Below are positions 1 through 14,230 of a stretch of DNA of 64,000 nt, in pieces. The stretch comes from Octopus sinensis (Eukaryota): NCBI RefSeq assembly GCF_006345805.1, contig NC_043002.1, forward strand, positions 19,468,001 through 19,532,000. Reading direction: 5' to 3'. Position numbers and translations under genes: made by a program. The stretch's first letter is position 1. Every line of letters starts with the position of its first letter. Under the pieces are notes generated by a model, which saw only the letters and a program-made list of their open reading frames with translations, had not been told where the DNA came from and made no database searches.

Positions 1-1344
1 GTATTTAGGATTGAATATGGTTTTCTTTAAATTTATATATATATATATGTGTGTGTTCATATATAATGTGTGTGTATATATATATGAAGCAATTATTCCA
101 ATATTTTATTAATAATATCTTTATTAACAAATAATTAATAATTAAGGATGTTGGAGCTGGCCAGCACTCAAATTTATGTTTAAAGTAAGCATCATAAAAG
201 CTACTGCTACAATATTATTCAAGCTTGACATGATACTCTATGCACAAGGTGAAACTGCTTCTAAAATTTAGCAATTGGGCAGGGGATATTTTGACTTTGA
301 GCCATTCTGCCTACAGATTTCATTGCTGTTGAGACTCTGTGATTGCCATTTCCTTTGCTCCATACAGATAATGACTTCTTATTCCATATCACCAGAAACT
401 TTTTGTTTCCTAATTGGACAGGATTTTTGTATATCAACTTCTCAAGATATTTAGTGTCTTTTATCTTTTTCATGAGACACTGCTTTGAAGAATTTTTAGT
501 CAAATGAATTGATACCCAGTACTTTTTTTTTATAACTTGCTATTTATTCTATTGGATCTCTTTTGCCAAACTACTAAATTACAGGGATGTGAACACACCA
601 ACACCAGTTGTTGAGTGATGGTGCGGGATGCACATAAAGGTACACACACACATAATAGGCTTCTTTTAGTTTCTGTTTACAAGATCCACTCATGACTTTG
701 GCCAGCCTGAGGCTATAGTAGAAGACAATTACCTAAGGTGCCATGTAGTGGGACTGAACTGAGAATGATATGGTTGGGAAGCAAGCTTCTTACCACACAG
801 TCATACCAGTCTTGTCCATATATTTAGATATTAAGAGTATGTTGTATCACTATTTCTTTAAACGTTATGTACTCTGTCCTTTCCACATATTACATATTGA
901 TATTTGCATCAAGATGTCTTGAGGAAGTTTGGAAAGAATCCCATAGTATGGAGCACAGCACTTGGTTGTTTTTCCAGTTGTGTATCAATTTTAGAATAGA
1001 TACATCACATCTCAGCATGTCATGAGGGAGCTATGAGATATGACAATAGAAAAGAAGTAACTAGAGTGTGCTACCCAGGGCAGCCCTTAAATTTACATTC
1101 TTGGGCTCCCACAGCCTTTACAGGCTTCTACAGCAGACCTAAAAGTGCTGCTCACATAAAAGTATCTCTTAGAGTGAACTGAAAGAGTAGATTGCCCACA
1201 CATCTTCATCTATGCTACTACACCCAGCCATAAAACATTGCTATGGAAAAGAAAATAGCTTCTAACCCATACAAGCACAGACAGTTGGACATGAAATAAC
1301 AATGATGGAAAATGCATGTGTAAATGTATATCCCAATTTAGTGC

Positions 1345-1608
1345 TACACACACACACACACACTCACTTGTACATACATGTACACATAATACATGCACAC
1401 ATAATACATACATGCACACATACATACATGCACACATACATACATGCATACATATATACATGCACACATACATACATACATGCACACATACATACATGCA
1501 CACATACATACACACATACATACATGCACACATACATACATGCATGCACACATACATACATAAATGCACACATATATACATGAACACATACATGCACACA
1601 TACATACA
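1345..1608. repeat. Compound tetranucleotide minisatellite (CATA/CACA/TGCA)
   Basis: Visible 4-bp grammar; source of the HTY/MYVC ORFs at 1210-1753. Confidence 0.95.
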
Positions 1609-4600
1609 TTTTCCATTTACTTCGTTTTAGTAGGTTAAACGCATTATCTGTATCAATTATCTTTAGCTTCTTTAGCTTAAGAAGCCTTTCTATAAGACTT
1701 CCATGTAAATAAATGGAAAAAAATATGTTTTTCTTAAAGTATTTTTCTCCCATATCCTTGTTATTTATATTTCATACACATTTCACTTTTTCTTTTACAT
1801 TTATGAAATAGATTGAATGCGTGTGTGTATGTATCTATCTATCTGTGCATGGATGTGTTTGCATGTAAATTTGGATGCATGAAACTTGAACACTGAATAA
1901 TTGATGGAGTTGATTTTTAACCTCAAAAATATTTATAGACACATACAGTTGGGTAAAGAAAAATAACATGGCAGGCTTCTGCACAGTTTCAATTTGTGAA
2001 ATTCCACTTATAAGCATTGGTCATCTCACTACTATGGTAGAAGAGACTGGACCTCTAGTGCCATTTAGTGGAATCAAACCCAGCACTATGTGAGTGTGAA
2101 ATAAACTTCTTGCCCCCATCCCACAGGTCAGTACCCCATAGACATATTATTCACTTGGAAATGAAAACCATTCAACCATCTCTAGCAAATAAATGAAAAG
2201 CAATTACAAGGAAAAGAAATCCATTAAAAAAAAAATAAATAAAGTTGATGAAATGTCTGCCCCCAATGGAAGTAAACCTGTAAATATAAAATATCAGAAA
2301 GGAAGTTTAAACAAAACTGAAAATGTTTTAGGAATATTTTTTCATGCTCAGAATTGCTGAAGCATGGAATAAACTATCTGCATCAGCTGTTAGCTGTTGG
2401 GATGATGTGTCCTCCAAAACTTCCATGCTTCCTGAAATTTACAAACAGTACTCCTGATGCTTCCCCTCCTTTGTTTTTAAATGACTCATTCACTGTTCAC
2501 TTCCTGTGTATATTCTCTGTACTGTTTGTGTACTTTTGATTACTTTTTCTGATGAGCTGTAGTGCACCTGAGCACTGTATACAATAAGTTCATTATGATT
2601 ACATCGTTATTATCTCACTTAGGCGGCAAGCTACTAGAATCATTAGCACACCAGGCAAAATGCTTAGCAGTATTTCGCCAGTCACTATGTTCTGAGTTCA
2701 AATTCTGCTGAGGTCGACTTTGCCTTTCCTCCTTTCAGGGTCGATAACTTAAGTACCTGTCAAGGACTGGGGTCGATGTAATCGACTTACCCCTCCCCCA
2801 GAACATTAGGCCTTGTGCCTACCGTAGAAAATATTATTATTATTTCACTGAGGAGGTGATGTAGAATTGAAAGATGATGCCTGAATACTTTATGGGTCAC
2901 TTACTTGCCCAGCATATTTTGTATGAAAAATAGAAAAACAAACGGACATAATAGCTATGGGGTTGAGAATGACTGTTGCAGGGGGTTGCTAAACCAAACT
3001 TCATCCTTGCCTTTGGTGTTGACTCCTCTGTTATCACTCCCACTCTTCTTCCAGGTACTCTGAATATGTCTGTGCTATCAAAATTATATTAACTTTTTGT
3101 TTGTAAAACAGATTGTTCTTTGTAGACAGAGAGGTGAGGTGGAGGAAGTTTGGGAGTAGAGGCAAATAATAAAGAGCCATAGAAACCATGTATGGTGAGA
3201 TTGAGCATAAAAATGTGAGGGAGGAGATAAAAAAAGAGCATACAAATAAGAGAGGGGGACAGATTACAATGAAGAGAAGAGATTTAGTATATAAATAAAG
3301 GTGGTCAAAAAGAGTAAAAACGAAAGAGATAATGTGAATGAATATAGAAAGATAGATAGATATGCCTGGGAACAATAACAAAGACAAGGGAAAAGAACAG
3401 AGAAAAAGAATATGACTACTGGAAAGAGGAAAGTAATATATAATGCAAAGTGAATACAAAAAAGGGAAGGTGTGTGTAGATGTATATATGTGTGTGTATG
3501 TGTTTGTAAAACAGAAAATAGTGTAAAAGAAAGAAAGATAAAAACTCCAATCAACTTCACAAAGTAGCTATTCATACCTATCTACCCAAAACTGCTACCC
3601 ACATACCCAACAAAACACTGAAACCTGTTGTTTTAATCCAACAAAGAATTTGTTTGCTGCAGTTATTTCGTTATATTTATTTATTAATTTTTGTTGACTT
3701 TTTTTTTTCATTCATTCATTGTTCCATTCTTGTTGTCATTCTTTATTTTCTTCCTTTCTCCTCAGCCATTATATAACTTGAGTCATCTCAACAGGAATCA
3801 TGTTGTTTTAATAAGATTCTGCTCACTATTGAACTGATCAATTGATTCTAGGTGAGATGGTGGGCGAGACGAGGGAAAAGAAATACAGAGGAAGAAAGAA
3901 AGATGGAGTGGGAAGCTGGAATTATGTTACTGTTTGCAAACAAGGAGTGCCAGGCAGATTTAGGATAAAGTTTTGTATGAGTGGTGGGGAAAATATAGAA
4001 TAAGATATTGATCGATTGATATTGATGGTGGTGAGTGAATATGCACATACACTCAAACACACACACACACACATACACATGCAGTAAGATAAATATATAC
4101 TTATTTTCTTTATGTTGTATGTTCAAGTTTCATTCTTTCCATTCATTAATCTCACATATTAGTCATAGGCCCAATTAATTTCTTATTAATTGTAGAGAAG
4201 TCTTAGTGGATAAACTACCTTGATTCAAATTAAGAAGTTTCCTAAGAGTTCCATTAGTATGTAATCACCGCGTAAACCATATGAGCTCTCTAATCCAATA
4301 TCTTTCCTGATAGAGTAATCTGCAGGTATTTTCACTGCTTCATCAAGACAGGATTGTAAATACGCACTCACTTTGTCCCCCTTGTTCATTCTGATCACTT
4401 TCTATTTAATCCTTCTTGACCACTGTGTATGTGTGTGAGTTTGTGTTGGGTTTCTTTCTATTTCTGTTTCCAAATTTAATATATACATTGTGCAATATTT
4501 GCATGACTTCTTTATATACACCATTCTTAGTCGAGGTTTTATTTTCATCATTATAATATTCTTTCTGGCTAATTTGAAGGTGACTTGGCTGTTATTTCTA

Positions 4601-5499
4601 ACAAGTCAAGTAATCTCATAAAAGCTCTCAAATTTATAAATATATGTGCATATATAAGTAATATTTGCAGCAGATGATGAATGTCAAAATGAATTTTTTT
4701 AATAATAATTTTGCCAACATCATTAATGTAACATTTCAGGAAAATATCTTAGCAAAGGCTTTCACATACATAAATAAAGTGGTAAATGATAAGTTTCAGT
4801 GAATTATTTTTATTCCCCAAAAGGAATGTTTCCATACCTTTTTTTAATTTCACAATTGTTGTATACAAGCTAATATTTAAGTGGAAAATAATATATTTAC
4901 CATACAAACAGCAGAACCCACTGTTTTACTGACTGAAGATTTTTGTAATAAAAGTTTACACACCTTAAAAATAATTAGCTCCAAGTAGTAGCAGGAACTG
5001 CATTCAATGATTCAAAATAGGTTTTCAGTAGAATTGACTATTTTAGTAAGCCTGTTGCTATTTTCATTACTTTTCTCTTTCTTCTTTTAGTCTCTTACCT
5101 TTATCTTTTTCCTTTTGTGACACAGTCTATTGTGGTATTTAAGAGCAAAATGTTCATAGCCATTTATTTATTTATTATTATAATTTCATTTATTTACTTA
5201 TTTGGTGGAATGTGAAGGAAAAATAGATTTTGACCAAAAATAAAACACAAGCCTTATTGTTTGCTTAAGCTGAATATGTGAAGTCCATGAATAAATTGAA
5301 TAAAATTGCTGTCATTTCATTTCTCCAACTAAATTATTTGAAAATCAACTTGATTTGAGGCTAGTTTGTGACAGACAATCAAGAAAATGCTCTTATTATA
5401 GATTGTCTGATCAGTTACATATATACTTTGTATGCAAAATTCTAAATAACAATTGAATCATTCGTTGTTTCTTCATATTTTCATATCTTGCTTTTAACC

Positions 5500-5760
5500 C
5501 ACACATGCTGCCCATCATGGTCCTACATTAAGGTAGATCTTCAGGGAGGCATCCAGTGTCTCTGAGTTGATATGTGTACACTGTGTTCACACAACCAGCT
5601 TGAGTATGGCAATGCATTGGCACCCATAGCAGCAGGTCACTTATCAGCTATGTTCTGCAAAGCGCAAGCACCTTTCCCTTATAATGTTAGAAACATGGAG
5701 ATGGGAGATCTCCATACAGATGTTTCTTGGTGAGATGAGTTCTCCAAGATACACTTTCCT
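5500..5760 (-). mobile_element. Old RTE-like LINE RT C-terminal remnant
   Basis: With frameshifts: SWRTHLTKKHLYGDLP..SNIIRERCLRFAEH...RDTGCLPEDLP, resembling RTE RRL..AGH / DTG...L motifs. Confidence 0.55.
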
Positions 5761-5924
5761 CATATATATAAGCACATGTGTATTAGGCACAAACAGAACT
5801 GTGCAGTAAGAAGTTTACTTCCCAACCGTATGGTTTTGGGTTTAGCCCACTGCGTGGCACCTTGGGTGGTTTCCACCAAAGCCCAAGGCCAACCAAAGCC
5901 TTGTGAGTAGATCTGGTGGAGAGA

Positions 5925-5991
<67 letters not shown>

Positions 5992-7464
5992 ATTTGTCTG
6001 TGTATGTGTGTAACATGACAGTTGTAAACAAGTGTGAGTATTACACAAGCAGTGTCCTTAGTTTCTAATTTCTTTGTGAAACATGTATGGCCATGGGGAA
6101 ATATTACCTTACTTCGAAAGAAGTGAGGGTTGGTGACAGACAAGGCATCTGGCCATAAAATATTAACCTCAACAAATTCTCTCTGGCCCATGCAAACATA
6201 GAAAGTGGACAGTAAAATGGAGATGATGTTTTATGTGTGTATAAAACAATATATATATATAACAATTCAACTCAGATCCATATGACTTAAAGTTTCATGG
6301 GTGTGTAGCATATATCCACTTCATTAAATATTCAGAGAAGAGTAAGAGATTTGAGACAAATTCAAGATGACTTCTAAATGTTAGGCCTCTGTTGTTTGGC
6401 TCAGGTTACATGGTCTTAATGGTAAAATGATACCAGGTGTTTTCTTTATTTTTAGGCCAACATGCTTGGACAGGGCGTGACGTTGGCACCACTTTGGTGG
6501 CTGGCTCTAGTATAGTGTATTCAGCAACATCAATTCATTACATGTAGTACTCCACTGGTAGGGTGGAATTTTACATGGGTCAGTAGCTCAGTTGTTATAA
6601 AGTGGAGTATTAACACATTAGCAGCAGGTGCAGTCTTTAGATGGGAGTAACTAAATTTGACAGTGTTGGTTTACAGTAGAAGTTTTACAATAGAGGTTGG
6701 ATGATCTTCATAGACGGGACCATAGTCTGTATGGATGGCAGGGATTAAATATCCTGCCCTTGCATGTAGGATAGTTAAGCCTAGGGTGGTATATTAGCAT
6801 TGTTAGCTGCCACTGGCTTAAAGTTCTTTAATAGGGCATACTTCTGATATCAATAATAAGAAAGTTCATCCATTCTGTTGATGGATACTGCAAATTGGTG
6901 GAGTATGTATAGTCACTTGCAAAAACATTAGATCGATGTGTCTTACATACCCGTGAAACTTATGGAGCTAAGTCAAGCTGATATTGGCAATATATGTAAC
7001 TCAAATCAAATGTGTTGAGTACCACTGTCTTTAGTTTGTGCACTCATTCATACATGTATGTATGTATGTATGTATATCATTATCCAGTTTTATTTCAAGA
7101 TTTCTTGCCAATAAAGACAAAGTGCATTTCTAACCTAGACCCAAGGCTCTTTCATTGGAATTTCAACAACATTAACTCTGCCAGATCAAGATTGGAGCCT
7201 GGTGCAGCCATCTGGTTCGCCAGCCCTCAGTCAAAATCGTCCAACCCATGCTATCATGGAAAGTGGACGTTAAACAACGATGATGATGATGATGATTAAC
7301 AAGGTATTTTTGCTTGTTTGTTTGTATGTATGTATGTATGTATGTATGTATGTATGTATGTATACAAGCAGATATGTATGTTTTGTTTTACGTATGTCTT
7401 CTCATGCATATACTTCCATATCTAGACATGCTCATATATACTTAAATGATAAACTTAATACAAT

Positions 7465-7835
7465 GAAATTATTGTATACAGTGCTCAGGTGCACCACAAC
7501 TTGTCAAAAAGTGCATTTAAAGTATATGCAGTACTGTACAAATGTCTGGAAAGCGAACAGTGTATGAGTCAGATACATGCTTGCGTGTGTATGGAGGGGA
7601 GAAAATCAGGTGTAGTGTTGGCGAATCTCAGGAAGCATGGAAGTTTTGAAGGATGCAGTGCTCTGACAACTAACAACTGATGCTGGCAGTCTGTTCCATG
7701 CTTCAGCAATTCTTAGCGTGAAAAAATATTTCCGAAAGTCATGGGAGCTGTGCTGTTTTCTGACTTTGTAAACATGTCCACAGGTGTTAGACAGGTGGAG
7801 TTTGAAAAGGTACTCAGAGTTATTGTTTGTAAGTC
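7465..7835 (-). mobile_element. CR1-type LINE 3' end (RT C-terminus and 3'UTR); other copies on + at about 2330-2605, 36975-37205 and 50545-50810
   Basis: LFKLHLSNTCGHVYKVRKQHSSHDFRKYFFTLRIAEAWNRLPASVVSC..TASFKTSMLPEIRQHYT*; CR1 RGH..KL/R..FF..R....WN.LP motif; shared tail gttgtagtgcacctgagcactgta in the 4 copies. Confidence 0.85.
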
Positions 7836-8255
7836 TTTAAAGTTTTACAGATTTTTGCAGTTCCAGTGATGGCTTTGATCTATAGTCTTTGAATCAGCTT
7901 TCTCCTTTCTGGTTTTGAGAAGCCTAATTTCTCAAGATTGGTATTTGTGCAGTGTGTTACATATCCCAGTGCCCCAATAATTACAGGCATAAGCCTGAAC
8001 TTGTAATCTGGATAGAGTAACTGTAGATTTCTCAATAGTTCATCGTAGGTATTCTCTTTTTAACAGATCTTCAGCTTTATGTTAACATCCACTGAGCAGC
8101 TGATTTCCACAACTGAACAGAGTTTCTCTTCTCTGTCCCAAGTCATTATATCAGGTCTATTGTGTTTACATTTTATTGAGGTTTTCAGTGGGACATTCCA
8201 CCAGTATTCCTTTTTATCATGTGTGGCTATGGCTTCTACCATATTGTGGGTTTTT
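7836..8255 (-). mobile_element. R4/Dong-like non-LTR retrotransposon, restriction-like endonuclease C-terminus (decayed)
   Basis: WWNVPLKTSIKCKHNRPDIMTWDREEKLCSVVEISCSVDVNIKLKIC*KENTYDELLRNLQLLYPDYKFRLMPVIIGALGYV...TGTAKICKT: PD-(D/E)xK RLE with NRPDI and P.IIGALG motifs; 2 stops. Confidence 0.85.
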
Positions 8256-8819
8256 ATGTATGTATAGACACACACACACATACACACACACACATGCACA
8301 CACACACCAATGAACATGTAATTACTGCACAAGATTTCTTCAGTGCTATCAACCATTCAAATTACACTTTCGTCTCTTTGTTCCATCATGCATGTTTGCA
8401 CTCACTAATATTGATCAGTTATTATTTGGAACAGAATATGGTCGTTTGTTAATTGAACACAGACTTTAGATTTAGTTGTTTTTTGTTTTCAACTCTTTAC
8501 AGAAGTAGGTCTAGTCTGAACAGATATTACATGAGGTCATTTGTTTAATATTAGTAATATGTGACCCAAAATAACCTCAGTTATTACCATTAGTTACCAA
8601 GTATGATTACATAGGCATGACTGGGTACTTAAAAAGTTTACAACAATGTTCTTCTAGATTCAGTTCCACTTAGCAACCACATGGGTAGTTGACTTCTACT
8701 GTAACCTTGTGTTGAACAATGCCATTGTAATTTTATTTGGTTGATGGGACCTGTATAAAAACCTGTCACATATGCATATATGTTTGTACATTATCATCAT
8801 CATCATCATATATGTGTGT

Positions 8820-8861
<42 letters not shown>

Positions 8862-9727
8862 CATTGTTCAGTTTTATTTCAAGATTTCTTGCCAATAGAG
8901 AAAGAGCCAGTTTCTAACCTAGACTCAAAGCTCCTTTATTGGAATTTCAACATCAACAGGATATTTTTGTTTGTATGTATGCATGCATGTATGTATGTAT
9001 GTGTGTATGTATGTATATGTGCAGATTTGTATGTTTTGCTTTATGTGTATATTCTCATGCACATAAATGCATATATAAACATGCTCATAAATATTTAAAT
9101 GACATCTATCTATCTATCTGTATGTATGTGTATATGTATAAAAGTATGAATATATGTGTATATGTATAGAAGTATGAATATATGTGTATATATATCATCA
9201 TTATTTGAATGTCCACTTTTCCATGTGGACAAGGGTTAGACAGAGTTTATTGAAGCAGATGTTTTAATAGTTGGATGCCCTTTTTGTTGTCAACCCTTAC
9301 CTGTTTCCAAGTAAGATAGTATTTCCTCATGGCCATACATGTTTTTGCAGAATATTAGAAATGAATGACACTGTTTGCCTGATGGTGACACTCATTTACA
9401 ACTGTCATGCAATATCAAGTCAAAAATTACACAGACCTTCATGTGCATATATTTCTGTTTGGTCAGTCTTTGGTCAGTCCAGGGCTGTAGGAAGATACTT
9501 GCTCTCACCCAAGGAGCTACAGAACAAGTCTGAACCTGAAACCTTGTGGTTGGAAAGAAAACTGCAATCATGCAGCCAGTCACCTTCTTGGCAATACCTG
9601 ACTGCATACATTATGACCTTTGTAGCTTCTCTTCCTTACTCTACCATCACATCTATGCTCTGATCCTTGTAACTTGTGAGTATACCCCAGCACTTCACCA
9701 TCACTCTCCTGCTGTTTCTTACTCTCT

Positions 9728-9787
<60 letters not shown>

Positions 9788-12674
9788 TCTTCCAAAACTA
9801 ACCTCGCCTGTACTAGTGCCACGTAAAAAGCAATGGGGCCACTCTGCTGAATGGTTGGTATTAGGAAAGGCATCCAGCCATAAAAACCCTGCCGAAACAT
9901 ACACAGTAGCCTAGGGTTGTTTTCTACTTGGCCGGCTTCTAACAACCATCTTACCCATGCATGCATGGAAGGCGGATGTTAAATGATGATGATGATGATA
10001 TACAGCCCACTCTACAGGCTGGTTAGTGTTAGTCCATACCAAAACAGACACAGACACAGAAGCATGGTGCAGGCCCCTTCCTGGCTCACTCCTGTCAAAC
10101 CATCCAACCCATACCAGCATGGAAGGAGGACTTAAACAACGACAATGATACATATATCTTTGCTGTTGTATATAGGCAAAAGATGTTAACATTGATGACA
10201 AAAACTGAGAAACCAGTGATTTTAAGTTGAAGTATCTCGTGTGGTATTTGTTTGTCCAAGTTGCACTGACACTCCCTTGTCATTCTCACCATCATAAATA
10301 TTATATGATTATTCTGCTAGAAATGTAACTAATGATACTATTGCTTGGAAATGTGATAAAAATGTAAATCTATAAATAACGCCACTGTACTATAACATCA
10401 ATATCTTTCAATGCAGTGAGATTTTGATGCATGCAGCAACACGAAACTCATTGATAGGAGTTCAGTTGATGCAGACAAAGAAAACTGGTGCAAAATGTAG
10501 ATGACTCCTCAGCTCTAAAGGATTGCTGGCTGTTATTGTTTAACCCCTACTCAACCCTGATTCAGTAGGCCAATGATCAACAGTCTGACGAAGCTCTAAT
10601 CATCCTGTCTTTATTTAAGATCTAATATATCCAAAGCTACATTATCTTAGATATATATATATATTCTTCCATTTTTCAAATGAAATAGGATTTAAGGCAT
10701 ATTTGGATACTATTTTTAGTGCATTGAGCAACTTCATAGAGGTTTCCTCACTGGTGGATCTGGTGTTTTCCTCTTGTTTTATTGTGTGAAGTGAATGATA
10801 TTTCTTGGATATGTTCTATTGTTGTCATATATCTCAATGATTGGGTGTCTTTTACTTGTCTGAAGTTGAATTCATAACCCAAATACACACCTGCAGTACA
10901 TGCTGCACTGATTATATACATAATAAAACACCTGCAATGGAACTGAACTAAAGATTTATGAGTTGCTCATTCAATACCATATTCGCTTGACTAAATTAGC
11001 TGTCAGTTGCTCAATGTTTTATCTTGAGAGGGGAGAAAAGAGTAGATGTCCAACATTAGTGTATCAGTAATTATTGGGCCATCATTGCTACTGATGTATA
11101 TTCCAATATTTTGAAGGGTAGAAATCCACAGCTGTGTTAAGTAATTACACAGTAGATTTCTTTCTGTATGCCTCAATTTACCTAATGATTGAAGTAAATC
11201 TGAAAATACTCTAAGTTAGACCAGCTTATTATCCAAAAGAAAATTTTTTTCAAATGAGCTCCTCATCACTCCAGCACATACTATGTGTAACTGACTGAAT
11301 ATATCAAACTGATAGTGAAGTGTATGAAGGAGTGTTGATACACTAGTTCTGTGTATTCTGATTGATCTTGCTTTCTTGTAATTCAGTTCACGAATGTAAT
11401 CTCTGTTTTTTCTTCAGTTTTCCCCTGTGGTTGTCTCAGTAGAGTACTTACCTCAAGTTCATAACAAAGTTTCTATTAGGTGATGGCTATCATTTCATCA
11501 GTGTTTCTTTCAATCCACTGAATATTTTTTGTAATTACACAGTAACCTTGATGCTATATGCTTCAGTTTATCTAGATATTTGAAAGTAAGTGGTACAACA
11601 TCTGGGAATATTTTAAGATATAGACCAGCATATCATTTAGGGAAAGATTTTTTATATTTCACTTCAGTTCCTTATCAGATTTAATATACTGGCCCATGCT
11701 ATGTGTAACTAATGAAACTGACAGGTAAAGTGTGTGAGTAGATGTTTATACCTACACTACAGTCTGTTCATTTGAGAGACAGCACAATTATAGTAACCTA
11801 ATTCTCTGTTTCGTGGGAGGTGTGTGGGTGTGTAGGGGTGCATAAAAAGTCACACACAACATTAATGAAATACCAACATTGATATTTGATATTTACAATC
11901 ATATGTGAACATCTGTATCAAATGGGTGATGTTATAGATAGGCAAATAGGTGAAATAATGGTTCAGTACTGTCACCTTATTAATAATATTTCAAAGATAT
12001 AAGACAACCAGGGAGCTTGACCTGTTGGAGATAGCAGCCAGAACCCCCTCATAAAATATGGGTAGAACCTAATGGATAATCCTCACAAAAGTCAGGATGG
12101 TCACAGTTATAATACCTTTAGGTATTCTAGATGTTCCTTCAAGGCTGACTTGTTGGTAAACAATAACGTTTTTCAGCATTTGTTTTTTTTTTCTTTTTTA
12201 AATCTGTTTATGAGAGTAGGCATAGTTGTGTTGTTAAGAAGTTCACTTTGCAACTACATGGTTTCGGGTTCGATCTTGTTGCACAGCACCTTGGACAGAT
12301 ATCTTCTACTATAACTTCTTTGAAAGTGGAAGCTGGTAGAAGGAAATTGTGAGTCACTTATGTGTGTACAAGTGTATGTAGTGGCGGGGTCTGTGTCTGT
12401 GTGTGTGATTTCCTCATATATAGATTGTTTAAGACTGTAGACAGTGGTTATGAAACAAAAACAAAAAATCAGTGCTCTTTGAACGAAGTCCTATCCAATA
12501 TTTTGTTAGTATCAAGTGATAAGCATTCTCTTTTCATTTTCACTAATAGAAATGTAATGAACCAATGTTTGACCCACCGAAAACCTATAAGCATTGAATG
12601 ATGCTACTGCCAACCAATTCAAATATGAAATAAGTTGTAGGCATGACTACAAGCACAGGTGTGGTTCATAGGAC

Positions 12675-13095
12675 CAAGTATACCTAAGTATGACTATGTG
12701 GTTGAGGAGTTTACTTCTCAACCACATCGTTTTGGATTCAGTCCTACTGTGTAGCACCTTGGGCAAGTGTCTACTACTATAATCCCAGGCCAACCAAAGC
12801 TTTATGATTGGATTCAGTAGATGGGAACTAAAAGAAGCCCAATATATATGTATATATGAGTGTGTTGTGTCCCCTTGGCTTGACATAGTATACTAGTTGT
12901 GAGTGAGTGTCGCTATCATACGTGCAGTGAGATTCATTTCCAATATTCCGTGGAAACCTGTCTGTCTATGGGAAAATATTACCTTGCCTGGAATCAGGTG
13001 AGGATTGGCAACAGAAAGGACATTCAACCGTGGAAAATCTGCTTCAATGAAATCTGTATTACCCATGCAAGCATGGGAATGTGTACATTAAAATA
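12675..13095 (+). mobile_element. tRNA-headed SINE family B with an internal microsatellite. Other copies: + at 5793-6225, 24925-25135, 42195-42545, 49295-49685; - at 530-806, 9215-9570, 34480-34742, 44490-44640
   Basis: Shared head TGTGG.AAGAAG.TT.CTT.CCAACCA.AT..TT..GG.TTCAGTCC.ACTG..TGGCACCTTGGGCAAGTGTC...CCAAAGCCTTGTGAGTGGAT...AAACTGAAAGAAGCC, then (TA/TG)n and a 3' tail ending ACCCATGCAAGCATGG. Confidence 0.8.
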
Positions 13096-14230
13096 ATGAT
13101 AAACATAAAAGATAATTTTTTTACTCCATTTTCATTCTTTTTTTGTGTGTGTTTTCATGATGAAACTGTTGCTGTTGTTTAGCCCCAAGTCTTCTAATTG
13201 TGAAAATTTGTGATCAAAGGTATTCTAGCCATGATAATCCTATCTTATTTACCTGGACTGTATTATTTAATGTATCCTTCCTCTTTTTAAGATAGTAGGG
13301 TGTGATTTGAGAGAGATCTAGTTGTTATTTCTAGCAAGACAAGCATTCATGGGAAGAAGTTGGTAATATTGGTACATTGGAATAAAATTTATTAAATTCC
13401 TCATTGTTAATCCCATATAAATATACTCCCTCCCCACTATAAAAAAATGTGTTACCTTGTACTTGTGATAGAAATCATCATTACTAATTGGTTATTAATC
13501 CCAGATTTGTTCTGATCAAGCAAAAATATAATCAAAGTTGTTCCAGCCATAGCTATCTTCTCAGACTTAGTATATCTAAGACTACATTATCTGATGTACT
13601 GGTATATTTTTAAGAATTTAGGATGTGATTTTTACATAGATTTGGTTGCAGTTTCCCTCATTATTAGCAGAATCATTAGATGAATAAAATACCCTGCAGT
13701 ATTTGTCCTTGCATTTTATACTCTCCAAGGTCAACTTTGCTTTTCATTCTTTCAGGGTCGATAGAATGAAGTACTAGTCAAATACTGGGTTTGATTTAAT
13801 CTACTAATTACTCTCCTCAAATTTCTGACTTTGTGTCCATGTTAGAAACAATTATTTTAACAAAATTGGCAAATTAACCAAGACAATAGTGTCAAATAGA
13901 ATACCTTGCAATATAATATTGGATTTGTATGTACTGAGTTCAAACTCTGCTGAGAATAAATTTACTCTCTATCTTTCAGGATCAAAAATAAAGTACCAGT
14001 TAAGCACCGGGGTTGATATAACTAACTTCACTCCCCTCTAATTTTGAGACCCTGTCTGTTGGAAATCATTATCATGTCTAAGACAGTGTTGGAGGTGGCT
14101 AAGACATTAGACTGCTGGACTAAATAATTTAGACCAACTTTATATCCCATTGTTCCTTCATGTAATCATTTATCTTCTTGATAGTCCTTATTATTTCTGT
14201 CTCATCCCAGATTTTGTCTATTCCTTCTTC

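Noticed and set aside
1210-1753. His/Thr- or Cys/Val-rich protein ORFs (also 46415-46738 poly-Ile, 5760-6191, 34648-35163, 44097-44507)
   Set aside because: Translations of microsatellites, open in several frames on both strands
3776-3851. Exon-like segment with a strong acceptor and ag|gtgaga donor
   Set aside because: Stops in all three frames; it could only be a non-coding exon, and nothing supports that
4228-4404. Minus-strand ORF of about 58 codons (MNKGDKVSAYLQSCLDEAVKIP...)
   Set aside because: No homology recognised, poor acceptor, and length within chance expectation
10752-10931. Minus-strand terminal exon candidate (CFIMYIISAACTAGVYLGY...)
   Set aside because: About 60 codons, no recognisable motif and no partner exons found
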